A stretch of DNA of 64,000 nucleotides from Nitrosopumilaceae archaeon (GTDB lineage Archaea; Thermoproteota; Nitrososphaeria; Nitrososphaerales; Nitrosopumilaceae), in contig OZ242274.1 in the NCBI GenBank assembly GCA_965207375.1, positions 1,280,001 through 1,344,000 of the forward strand, written 5' to 3'. Under the pieces are notes generated by a model that saw only the letters and a list, made by a program, of their open reading frames with translations, did not search any database and was not told the DNA's origin. The position numbers and the translations under genes are program-made. Of the stretch, positions 20,523-29,933 are shown in pieces (position 1 is the first letter of the stretch; each line of letters begins with the position of its first letter).

Positions 20523-21266
20523 ATGACAGTCATGTATGTGGATGATTCTGGATCGCCCAGCTACAAGGATAATACAAACTATTTCGTACTGGCAGGAATA
20601 GTAGTAGCAGATAACAAGATCAAGGCCCTGCAAAGAACAACACTCTAATACAAACATTCAATCTTTGAGGATGAAACTAGTGATTCAGAGATACATGTGC
20701 ACCACATGCACCAGTCTAGGGGAGATTTCAGATTTCTTGATCATCAGACAAAGAACAACCTGCTAGATGAATTATACAAAATGATTAAGGCACTTGATTG
20801 TGTTGGAATCGTGATCGTAATAAACAAGTATGAACTAAAACAAAGTAAACCCAACTGGGACGTGTTTAATACTGCCTGGTTGTTTCTCTTAGAGGCATAC
20901 GAGGAATTTCTACTAGAAAACTCACTGCGGGGAGGTAGGATCAAGGTAGACAAGAGCTCCGGTGCGATGCACAAAAAGACGGGTACAGTATTGGATACGG
21001 TCATAAAGAATAGGACGAAATCCCAAAAAATATCACGAATCACGCGTATTGAGTTTACAGATTCATCGGGAGTGTTTGGGATATAGATAGCAGATGCGTT
21101 TGCGTACTGTGCACTAAAACACAAAATGAAAGATGAACGGTTTGCTCGATACTGGGATACAGTTTACGACAAACTTGTAAGAGATCATCGTGGCACGGTA
21201 TTAAGACATGGTTACTTGGAATATCCTTTAGATGTCAAGAATGTACAGCAAGGAACCCCCCACTAG
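20523..21266 (+). pseudogene. DUF3800 family protein with two in-frame stops
   Basis: MTVMYVDDSG...YFVLAG...EIH...DS...GI*IADAFAY; TAA at 20646-20648 and TAG at 21084-21086 (at the Q of QxAD), all in one frame. Confidence 0.85.
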
Positions 21267-21342
21267 CACATCCCATAGGCGATGCGCCGCATCGCCCTTT
21301 GACAGTATTATATTATTCATAATACTATAAATAAATTTCAAA

Positions 21343-21640
21343 TTGCCTATTTCGAATAAGATCAGACATGCTTTTGAGAGTCTATCTAAGGAACCTGGTT
21401 TGTTGGGTGTAATCTTTAGAAAATCCCAAAACAAAATACAAGATCCTGCCAAACTAGAGCGACTAATCCGGCTAATAGATGGAGATTCCAAAGACAAGGA
21501 CAGAATTCTTTGGATGGGTATGTATATCGATGTCAAGGGTGAAATCTACGAGGGCTTGTTGGAAAAAAATGCAGAAGATGTCAAAAGTGGTGCAGGTCAG
21601 TACTTTACACCAAGAGCATTAATCTCTGCAATTAACATCG
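21343..21640 (+). pseudogene. hsdM: Fragment of type I restriction-modification methyltransferase
   Basis: QNKIQDPAKLERLI...DVKGEIYEGLLEKNAEDVKSGAGQYFTPRALI; catalytic motifs missing. Confidence 0.85.
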
Positions 21641-21838
21641 ATTTCAAACTCTCAGTAATTGTATCTTTTCCCCCTACAAACTCTTTTGCATCTGCAATAT
21701 TTACAACAGCATCCTCAACATCATTTGTTTTAGTATATCGTCCAAGAGATAATCCTGATTGACACATCAACTACTGTCCTATCAAGTCCCATGATAGTTA
21801 ATCTCTGTGAGGGCCTCACTAGATCGTAGCGTAACCCA

Positions 21839-22037
21839 AATTTTAGGCACACAAAATTTATCGCACTTTTCATTAATTTAGGCAGGATTGTGCTACTATC
21901 CACATCCATCCCTATTGTGAACATCATGTGTGGATTTGTAATTATCTTCAAAATAACAACAAGCAATCCCTTTTTCAGCAAATTGTAGGGGGTCAGATTA
22001 AACTCTTGGTTAATTTGCGTGTTTTGTGCCTAAAATT
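21839..22037. repeat. ~200-bp segment bounded by a 13-bp inverted repeat (MITE-like)
   Basis: AATTTTAGGCACA at 21839-21851 / TGTGCCTAAAATT at 22025-22037. Confidence 0.5.
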
Positions 22038-22129
22038 GGACATGCAGGCGTGATATGCATAGTCTTTTCCAACCAAATACCAAATTTACCCAAAGATTCA
22101 TAAATTCAGATTAGCGAGTTTGAGCACAG

Positions 22130-22747
22130 TTGTTTTCTATATCTACCCTAGTTGATGTTGTAAGGATCCCTCCAAGCCTGTTTGGAACCACACTCAAAAA
22201 GGCGGCAATGAACATACTCAAGGAAAAATATGAGAGCATGATCAACGCAGACTTGGGCTATATCATTATGATTATGGATGCAAAGGTTGACGAGATGGGA
22301 AAGATGATTGCAGGAGATGGCGGAACATTTCATAGAGTCGAATTTGATGCATTAACATTTTATCCAAAATTACAAGAAATTGTCCAAGGTGAAATTGTAG
22401 ACATTACAGACTTTGGCGCCTTTGTTAGGATAGGACCAACTGATGCGTTACTACACCTCTCACAGGTCATGGATGATTATCTAAAAAGTGATGTAAAGTC
22501 TGGCATGATAATTGCCAACCAGAGTGGCAAGACCTTAAGGGTAGGTTCTACACTGCGTGCAAGAATTACTGCAGTTTCATTAGGAAAGGCAGCCACCATG
22601 GGAAAAATTGGAATTACCTGCAGACAGCCTTTCTTGGGTGCAGACGAATGGATTGCAGAAGAAACCAAAAAGGCAGATGAACTCCCCGAAGCTAAACCAA
22701 AGGCTGAAAAAGATAAACCAAAGGCTGAAAAAGCAAAGGTGAAGTAG
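22130..22747 (+). CDS. rpoE1: RNA polymerase subunit E' (Rpo7)
   Basis: DVVRIPP, GDGGTFH, FGAFVRIGPTDALLHLSQV, RQPFLG. Confidence 0.95.
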   Translation: MFSISTLVDVVRIPPSLFGTTLKKAAMNILKEKYESMINADLGYIIMIMDAKVDEMGKMIAGDGGTFHRVEFDALTFYPKLQEIVQGEIVDITDFGAFVRIGPTDALLHLSQVMDDYLKSDVKSGMIIANQSGKTLRVGSTLRARITAVSLGKAATMGKIGITCRQPFLGADEWIAEETKKADELPEAKPKAEKDKPKAEKAKVK

Positions 22748-22936
22748 ATGGTTAGGGAAATGGCGTGCAGAAAATGCAAGTATGTCACAACCGGAAAAGT
22801 TTGTCCTGCGTGCAAATCATCAGACCTTACACCCGACTGGAATGGAGTGGTACTTGTGGTTGAACCAACACACTCTACAATTGCAAAAACTTTAGGAATT
22901 ACTGGAAAAGGAAAGTATGCACTAAAGGTAACATAA
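22748..22936 (+). CDS. spt4: Transcription elongation factor Spt4 (RpoE'')
   Basis: ACRKC...CPAC..DW.G...GKYALKV. Confidence 0.95.
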   Translation: MVREMACRKCKYVTTGKVCPACKSSDLTPDWNGVVLVVEPTHSTIAKTLGITGKGKYALKVT

Positions 22937-22937
22937 A

Positions 22938-23753
22938 TTGCAACTAGACATAAAAAAAGAACTCTTGCGGTTTTTAGCAGAAGATATCAGAACCGGCGAC
23001 ATTACGAGCTCTCTGTTGCCAAAAAAACAAATTTGCGCCAGAATAATTTCAAGACAAGGCGGAATAGTAGCCGGAGTAAAATTTACAAAACAGCTTTTCA
23101 ATTTAAAAAACTGTACAGTAACTGTAAAAACAAGAGACGGCCAAAAGATTATACCAAACCAGACGATAATTCAAATTGCAGGAAACCTACAAGACATACT
23201 GTCCTGTGAGCGAACCGCATTGAATCTGCTGTCTCGCATGAGCGGCATTGCCACACAAACAAACATACTGGCAAAAAATCTTCCAAAGAAAACAAAACTG
23301 TTTGCAACACGCAAAACCGCCCCAGGACTGCGCATATTTGACAAAGAGGCAGTAAAAATAGGCGGTGGCCAAAAACACAGAATGGCACTAGACGAGATGA
23401 TACTAATCAAAGACAATCATCTCTCAGTTGGACTCTCAATAGAGCAGCTGCTAAAACGCGCAAAAAAAAGATACCGCCGTATCGAAATCGAGGTTGAAAC
23501 AAAGCAGGATGCAATTATTGCCGCACAAAACGGCGCCACAATTATAATGCTAGATAATTTCACACCTGCGCAGATAACTGCCACAATTACGGAGCTCAAA
23601 AAACAAAGATTACACAAAAAGGTAAAAATTGAGGCCTCTGGCGGCATTACTGCACAAAACATTACAAAATATGCAAAAACTGGAATAGACATGATATCTG
23701 TTGGCACAATTACAAACTCTGCAGCTGCAATAGACTTTAGTTTGGAAATATGA
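22938..23753 (+). CDS. nadC: Quinolinate phosphoribosyltransferase
   Basis: TRKTAPG, HRMAL, IKDNH, EIEVE, MLDNF, EASGGI. Confidence 0.96.
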   Translation: MQLDIKKELLRFLAEDIRTGDITSSLLPKKQICARIISRQGGIVAGVKFTKQLFNLKNCTVTVKTRDGQKIIPNQTIIQIAGNLQDILSCERTALNLLSRMSGIATQTNILAKNLPKKTKLFATRKTAPGLRIFDKEAVKIGGGQKHRMALDEMILIKDNHLSVGLSIEQLLKRAKKRYRRIEIEVETKQDAIIAAQNGATIIMLDNFTPAQITATITELKKQRLHKKVKIEASGGITAQNITKYAKTGIDMISVGTITNSAAAIDFSLEI

Positions 23754-23871
23754 TTCTCAAAAAAAGGCTTGGTATACAAAAGACCCCATTTTATCGCACA
23801 AAATGTAACACTTGACTCTCCCAAATTAATTTACAAGTATTGATAAACTGCACTAGTGAAATCACAGATTT

Positions 23872-24264
23872 TTATGCCTCTAGCTTTCCTGCTAGTTCTC
23901 TGACGCCTTTGTTTTTTTCGTCAACCTCTAAAATCATATTGCAGCATTTTCTTGCCTGCTCTTTTTGGTCAAGAAAATAATGAGAGTTTGCCTTTAACAA
24001 TAGCGCATCAACATCATAGGTGGCAATATCTAATGTACGCTCAAAATAAGATAATGCTGTACTGTATTTTTTTTGCATATAGTAGATGCTTCCCACAATA
24101 AACAAAATATCGTGATCATGTGGTATTTTTTTCAGATATATTTTACCAACATCTAATACCTCTGCATATTGCTTTTTTTTGACAAGCTTTTTGATGTTTT
24201 TCTTTTTTTCTAGATTTTGCCGTCTTGCAACCTCTTCTGGAGTCTTGTTAAACAATCCTGTCAA
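23872..24264 (-). CDS. TPR-repeat protein
   Basis: Helical TPR pattern (GSIYY..KKY..AL.YF). Confidence 0.75.
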   Translation of the reverse strand: MTGLFNKTPEEVARRQNLEKKKNIKKLVKKKQYAEVLDVGKIYLKKIPHDHDILFIVGSIYYMQKKYSTALSYFERTLDIATYDVDALLLKANSHYFLDQKEQARKCCNMILEVDEKNKGVRELAGKLEA

Positions 24265-24285
24265 ACCAAAAACCTACAAGATAAG

Positions 24286-25239
24286 CTAACCTATGGCAAT
24301 CATGCGTTCAATGGCAAGTCGTGCCTTGTCTGCAATTTCCTTTGGAACCTGAACCTCATATTTATTTTCATATAACGCATCTCTTACATTTTGTAGATTT
24401 ATCATCTTCATGTATTGGCATTCTGCCTTTTCAGATGCAGGAACAAACGTTTTTCTGGGATTTTGCTGCCTCATCCTGTGTAAAATCCCAGTCTCTGTTG
24501 CAACTACAAATTTTTCAGAACTAGACTTTGCAGCATATTTCATCATGCCCTCTGTAGATAGAATTGAAACCTTGCATCCGTCATAGCTTCCTGCTGCTGT
24601 ATCGTACAGCATAGGAGTGGTGCAGCTGCATTCTGGATGAATCAGAAACTCTGCATCATGCATTGAATTCAGCTTGTTTCGTACATCTTTGGGAGTAATT
24701 CCTGCATGTACGTGACATTCCCCTGCCCAAATGCGCATGTTTTTTCTCCCTGTAACCTTTGCAACATAGGAGCCCAAGAACATGTCAGGCAGAAACAAAA
24801 TTTCCCGGTCCTTTGCAATTGACTCTACCACCTTTACTGCATTTGAGGAGGTACAGCAATAATCTAGTTCTGATTTTATTTCTGCTGTAGTATTTACATA
24901 ACCTACAGTAATTGCATCAGGGTGCTGTTTTTTCCATTTTTGCAAATCCTGCAATGTTATTGAATCAGAAAGTGAACACCCTGCCTCCAAATTTGGAATA
25001 AACACCTGCTTTTGGGGACTAATAATTGCAGCAGTTTCTGCCATAAAGTGAACTCCACAAAACAAAATTCTCTTGTGTTCGGTGCTGCCTGCCTGCCTAG
25101 ATAGTCCCAAAGAGTCTCCGATAAAATCTGCAACATCTTGAACCTCTGGTACCTGATAATTGTGAGCTAAAATCAGAACATCTTTTTGTTTTTTCAAGCA
25201 AAGAACCTCCTCCTTTAGACTCGCTATCTGAGTAAGCAT
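24286..25239 (-). CDS. nadA: Quinolinate synthase
   Basis: LAHNYQ, GDSLGL, FCGVHFMAE, GCSL, YVNT, CHVH, HPEC, CQYMK; ATG at 25239. Confidence 0.96.
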   Translation of the reverse strand: MLTQIASLKEEVLCLKKQKDVLILAHNYQVPEVQDVADFIGDSLGLSRQAGSTEHKRILFCGVHFMAETAAIISPQKQVFIPNLEAGCSLSDSITLQDLQKWKKQHPDAITVGYVNTTAEIKSELDYCCTSSNAVKVVESIAKDREILFLPDMFLGSYVAKVTGRKNMRIWAGECHVHAGITPKDVRNKLNSMHDAEFLIHPECSCTTPMLYDTAAGSYDGCKVSILSTEGMMKYAAKSSSEKFVVATETGILHRMRQQNPRKTFVPASEKAECQYMKMINLQNVRDALYENKYEVQVPKEIADKARLAIERMIAIG

Positions 25240-25334
25240 AATCAAAAATTGTGTAAACCTAAAGCATTTAAAGAATAAGATAATACACAAAAATCTTCTG
25301 TCATCTGTATAATGTCGGCAATTATTGCCAAATT

Positions 25335-25436
25335 GTATCTGTTAGCATTGTTTTGAATTTATGGTAATTTTAGACATGAAATTATTTTGCTGTCAAAAGA
25401 TAGAATGAAAAATTCAGGCATAACGTTAACACTTAC
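25335..25436 (+). repeat. ~100-bp dispersed structured repeat, copy 3, with probable 8-bp TSD
   Basis: Flanked by GCCAAATT (25327-25334) and GCCAAACT (25437-25444). Confidence 0.85.
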
Positions 25437-25442
25437 GCCAAA

Positions 25443-26258
25443 CTAGGTGCCGATTTGAATTTCCTTGGAACAAATTTGGCGCAGTTTTTCAATGGCTGAA
25501 AGTATTGCTAGTCTGCTGGTTTTGGGATTTGCAGGGTCTGGCACATTTTGTATTTCAAAGCTCATCTTGCCAAATGTACCTTTTGCTACAATAAGATGTG
25601 TATTTTTGTCAGTACTTGGGTCTGCAACTATTTTGACCTCTGTGTTGGCACCTCCGATAGTTATCAGACTCAAAATTGCTGCCACATTGATGTTTGCAGG
25701 AAACAGAGAAACTGCCTGCTTGGCTGTTCCCTCAAAAATAACAATAGCCTTTTTTATTGAATCCAAATCAATATTCTCTGTTTCAAAAAATCTTGCTCCC
25801 TTTAATGAACGCGGGTGTTTTGTAGTAGTAAGAGATACACTAGATATTTCATTTCTTACTGATTTTAATCCATCAAGACCCGCTATTGCTCCAGAAGGCA
25901 GATAGACCGTCCTGTTAAAGTCTTTGCACGCATCTGAAATTATTTCAAATATTGACTCATCTAAAAGCGCACCCGTACTCATTATCATTAGATCCTTTCT
26001 ATTTTGCAGCACGCTCAGAGCTGCATCTCTTACTGCATCCTGTGATGCTGCCTCAACTACAAGATCTATTGGTTGGGATGATAACAGGTGAAAGTTCTCA
26101 ACTATTTTGGGTGCAGTTTTTAGTTGAGATACTAGTTTTTCAGAACGGGATTTGTCAGTATCATATACATGGGTAAGTGAGGCATCAATTTTACCCTCAT
26201 CAATTGCCAAAGCAATCTGGGTTCCGATTGCGCCACACCCAAGCAATGCTATCTTCAT
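25443..26258 (-). CDS. nadX: L-aspartate dehydrogenase
   Basis: GCGAIG, VVEAAS, SGAIAGLD, FPANINVAA, NPKTS; next to nadA. Confidence 0.93.
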   Translation of the reverse strand: MKIALLGCGAIGTQIALAIDEGKIDASLTHVYDTDKSRSEKLVSQLKTAPKIVENFHLLSSQPIDLVVEAASQDAVRDAALSVLQNRKDLMIMSTGALLDESIFEIISDACKDFNRTVYLPSGAIAGLDGLKSVRNEISSVSLTTTKHPRSLKGARFFETENIDLDSIKKAIVIFEGTAKQAVSLFPANINVAAILSLITIGGANTEVKIVADPSTDKNTHLIVAKGTFGKMSFEIQNVPDPANPKTSRLAILSAIEKLRQICSKEIQIGT

Positions 26259-26457
26259 CGTATTGTATTTTGACTTTCAAGTTATTAATTGTAGATCACG
26301 ATGCTCTGATTGCCTCAAAATCAAAGTCATTTGGCAAAAACTAGGATTATCAAGTTTTTCAAGTATGTGGCAACTTTAACAAATTATGGTAACAGCTTGG
26401 TCTCTAGAAGTTACCTGACAGAAACGGTTAAAGATCATAAAATCCTGTATTGTGTAG

Positions 26458-26730
26458 TTGATTGCCAAATCTGAGCTGCCAAACATAGATTGGAACAATC
26501 CAGATGTGGTAAAATTATTCGAATACGTTACAGGACGGTTTGAACGCATAGAACGTGACAACGAACACCTAAACAAAGTAAATCACCAGCTTGAGATGAA
26601 ATACCGCATAGCTCAGAGTGAAAATGAGCAGCTCAGAGCACAGATAGCCAAATTGATGAGCAATCAAGACCCAAAGACTGTTGCAGATGCCACTCTCAAA
26701 GATGCACTAAACACAGACTCGACACTGTAG
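26458..26730 (+). CDS. Hypothetical coiled-coil protein (possible mobile-element fragment)
   Basis: Heptad-rich 90-aa ORF abutting the truncated IS. Confidence 0.45.
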   Translation: MIAKSELPNIDWNNPDVVKLFEYVTGRFERIERDNEHLNKVNHQLEMKYRIAQSENEQLRAQIAKLMSNQDPKTVADATLKDALNTDSTL

Positions 26731-26744
26731 AGGACAAAACACTA

Positions 26745-27455
26745 GATGAATCCGTGCTGTACTTTGTGCCTGTACCTGATGTATTCGCTTCTCTTACTAG
26801 GACTGAGACCAGTACCATCAGGTGCAAGATGAAGTGCACTCTTTTTGCCTTGTGCCGTAATGAGGTCATCTTTGATTGACACCTTGACGGTTTTCATTCT
26901 TTTTTGGATCTGACTAAAGCTTGGAACATACTCTTGGCCTAGTGCCTCTGTTGCAAAGCCTTCTAGTATGCGATAGGATAATCCACAAAATGCCCTCATT
27001 GTTGCAAGAGCTAGTATTGTAGATTCTGCGTATCTGTAAGGGTGACCGTTTTTCTTTTTGTTGGCTCTTTTGAGTTCATCGTCATGATCTGGATTTTTTT
27101 TGGGATATATCATGCGTCCAACTGCTAGATATCTTGCATCGTTTTGTGCATTGGTCATCTTTAGACGTGATTTTTGCTTTGGTTTACTCGAAACTTTTTG
27201 CTCTGTCAATATTGTGACCTCCTGTAAATCATGTACCAGGCGTTGCCGAAGATTTTATACCTCCTTGGTTTGTATTGTATCAGGATTGTTTGCTCATCTC
27301 TTATGTGCAATCTGAGATGAGTAGGCAATCCTACTATTTGGATCTGAAAGGTCAAACTTTGTCTATTATATCATCAAATTGATTTCTCCCAGACCGAATC
27401 TGGCCTGAAAATTGCAAATTTTGAAAAATTCTAGGCAGGGTTATAACACAAACTA
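26745..27455 (-). mobile_element. Truncated copy of the IS5 element (5' part, 711 bp)
   Basis: Matches 13601-14311 including the TIR; transposase stops after ...HGFI. Confidence 0.92.
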
Positions 27456-27504
27456 TCAACCTTAGATTACTTATATTCTAGTAAAGGATGATTATTACAA
27501 GAAT

Positions 27505-29298
27505 TTGATTAAAATACAATTAGCAATACCCATGTTTGCACTAATTCTCTTGGTGCCAGCACGTGTACTTGCACAACAAACAAATGAATTAAACACCGAA
27601 CAAATAGATAATCCTCACATTTTATCACCTGATGATATTGTAGGTCCGGTAGGACGAGCTGATGACTTGAATGAAGCTCACAGTAAATTAACTAATATAA
27701 TGCAACAACAGTCTTTTGGAAATTTTGATACACCTGATTACCCATTTATTCTAGCAGCAGTTGATGAGCAAAAAGGTGACCTTGTTGTAGTGATGCATGC
27801 AATGGCCGCTGCAGCCAACATCGAATACGAAGAAGAAGAGATTGCAATTGCACTAAACACAGATGTTCCTATTGATATTCAGTATGGCGTCTTTGTCTTA
27901 GAAGTATCTCAATCAAGAATTGAGAGCTGGAAGCAGTACTATAAGGACAACTGTATTCCAGTAAAAGCAGGTTATCAGACAGTCTGTAAAATTTTTGGAG
28001 ATAACTTAAGAAAGGAAGGAATTAACCCTGATTCTTTAGGTTCTACGTCTCCTGTTACTCCAAAACCTGCAAAGTCAACCTCTCCATGTGATGAAGATGA
28101 CGATTCACTGGCTTGTTATTATTACAAACGATACCAGGATAAATGCATTCCAACTAAAACCACGTCCCGATGCGATACTTATGCAACCCAAATTAAAAAT
28201 GCAGGGTATGAAGTACCAACAAAGCCTGCAACAATAGTTAAAGTTACGCCACCAAAAGTTACTGGCATACAGGCTGCAATGTATCGTGATGATATCAAGA
28301 TAACATGGAATACACCGCAATATGCAGTTGACAAGTATAGAGTGTACATATATGAGGATAACAGACGTGTTGATAGAGAGTATATCTATACAAACTCTTA
28401 CACATACGATGAGGTAAAAAAAGGCAAAGATTACAAGTTTAGAGTGTATGTCTACTATGAGAGTAATACTAAACTGACATCGACTTATGGTGGATATGTT
28501 TGGTCTAACGTGGTAAGTGTACCTGCGGGTACAACTACGATAACACCTGTGCCCAATCCCAACCCAACTCCTACCCCAGCAGTTGAAACAAACTCGACTT
28601 CAATATATGGTGGAAATCTATACCATTTGAAGTCACAAAACAATACGGGGATTTATCACACCCCATCAACGGTTACAATAGGTGCAACAAACAGTACCGG
28701 CTCTGTAGGTGTTGTAGTAAGTGGTCACGGTATCATCTTACCTACAGGTCACACATTTGCAGGTCATGCATTTGGAGCTAACAGTACTATATTCTCAAAT
28801 AGCATGGTACTAGTCCATTATGGACCACAAATAGATGCAGCATTCATACCAATTACAGAGCCAGACATCGTAGCAGACAACAAAGTTCAATCCTTAACTG
28901 GAGATGTAATATCTGTGGTTAATGGAACTTTGAGTAGTGTACCGCCTTATGAAACTTTGACCATTTATGGAAGTCAAACAAATGGTAATGGTACTTTACT
29001 ATACAAAAATGCTACATCCTTTTCAAGTGAGGGCAACCAGTTCTTAACCAATGCCGGAATAGCTTTGTATCCTAGCATTGGTGGTGATAGTGGAGCTCCA
29101 ATAATATACAACGATAATGGAACTGCATTCCTAGTTGGTGTGCATCAAGGCGGTGTATGTATTTTTGAAACCAATTCTAATAACTATAGAATTGATATTG
29201 AGAGTCATCTAAATCTTTGCAATTATGCCACTGATTATTATTATTACAAGATATTTAGTGCATGGGAACTTGTAAGAGAGACACTTTCGCTACAATGA
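27505..29298 (+). CDS. Secreted multidomain S1 (trypsin-like) serine protease with FN3 domain
   Basis: Signal peptide; two Cys repeats; FN3 (ITWNTP...YRVY...YKFRV); PT linker; triad VVSGH / IDAAF / GGDSGAP. Confidence 0.8.
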   Translation: MIKIQLAIPMFALILLVPARVLAQQTNELNTEQIDNPHILSPDDIVGPVGRADDLNEAHSKLTNIMQQQSFGNFDTPDYPFILAAVDEQKGDLVVVMHAMAAAANIEYEEEEIAIALNTDVPIDIQYGVFVLEVSQSRIESWKQYYKDNCIPVKAGYQTVCKIFGDNLRKEGINPDSLGSTSPVTPKPAKSTSPCDEDDDSLACYYYKRYQDKCIPTKTTSRCDTYATQIKNAGYEVPTKPATIVKVTPPKVTGIQAAMYRDDIKITWNTPQYAVDKYRVYIYEDNRRVDREYIYTNSYTYDEVKKGKDYKFRVYVYYESNTKLTSTYGGYVWSNVVSVPAGTTTITPVPNPNPTPTPAVETNSTSIYGGNLYHLKSQNNTGIYHTPSTVTIGATNSTGSVGVVVSGHGIILPTGHTFAGHAFGANSTIFSNSMVLVHYGPQIDAAFIPITEPDIVADNKVQSLTGDVISVVNGTLSSVPPYETLTIYGSQTNGNGTLLYKNATSFSSEGNQFLTNAGIALYPSIGGDSGAPIIYNDNGTAFLVGVHQGGVCIFETNSNNYRIDIESHLNLCNYATDYYYYKIFSAWELVRETLSLQ

Positions 29299-29489
29299 AT
29301 CGACGACTTTTAATTTATTCTATTTTTTTTATTTTTATAATTTTTACAATATGTTTTCTAGTTTTTTATGAAAATTGCGAGGCCAATGCACAATATCCAA
29401 TCATAGGTAGAGAACCAGGCGAAGAACAGGTTATGCATGATATTCTGCCACCTGAGAAAGTAAAAGAACCCATTGATGCACCATGTTAA
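29295..29489 (+). CDS. Small membrane-anchored protein coupled to the protease gene (possibly truncated)
   Basis: ATGA overlap with protease stop; MNRRLLIYSIFFIFIIFTICFLVFY TM segment. Confidence 0.55.
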   Translation: MNRRLLIYSIFFIFIIFTICFLVFYENCEANAQYPIIGREPGEEQVMHDILPPEKVKEPIDAPC

Positions 29490-29562
29490 ACTAGGCAAGA
29501 CCTTTTTCAACTATGCCAACAAAATAAACACGAAATGCTTTGAGCACATTATGCAGTGTACC

Positions 29563-29642
29563 AGATGGTGGCCAAGATGGTGGCCAAGATGGTGGCCAAG
29601 ATGGTGGCCAAGATGGTGGCCAAGATGGTGGCCAAGATGGTG
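29563..29642. repeat. 12-bp tandem repeat (AGATGGTGGCCA) x6.7
   Basis: Six perfect units plus 8 nt, no spacers. Confidence 0.97.
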
Positions 29643-29933
29643 CTGTTTTTAGATGAGACATACATCTTACGAGATACAAGAGTTTTTCAAGACCCAAGAT
29701 ATCGTATTGATATGGTGCACTGTAGGGCAGTAACGCTTTGACTTTCTAAAGTTGCGTGCATAAAAAATACCAAATCTATGATTTTTACATTTAATTCAGG
29801 CATGTCACTTTATAAAATCGATCAGTCACAAATTATGGTGTTTTTTGACATGGTATCGTTTATGATTTAAAACTTGATTTTTCCAGAATAATATATTTAT
29901 GTTCAAAAAAAACCATATCTGTAGAGAAAAATT

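Noticed and set aside
21084-21086. Pyrrolysine or amber read-through in DUF3800
   Set aside because: CAG to TAG at the conserved Gln, and the same gene also has a TAA stop
29563-29642. Possible CRISPR array
   Set aside because: Contiguous 12-bp units, no spacers, no cas genes
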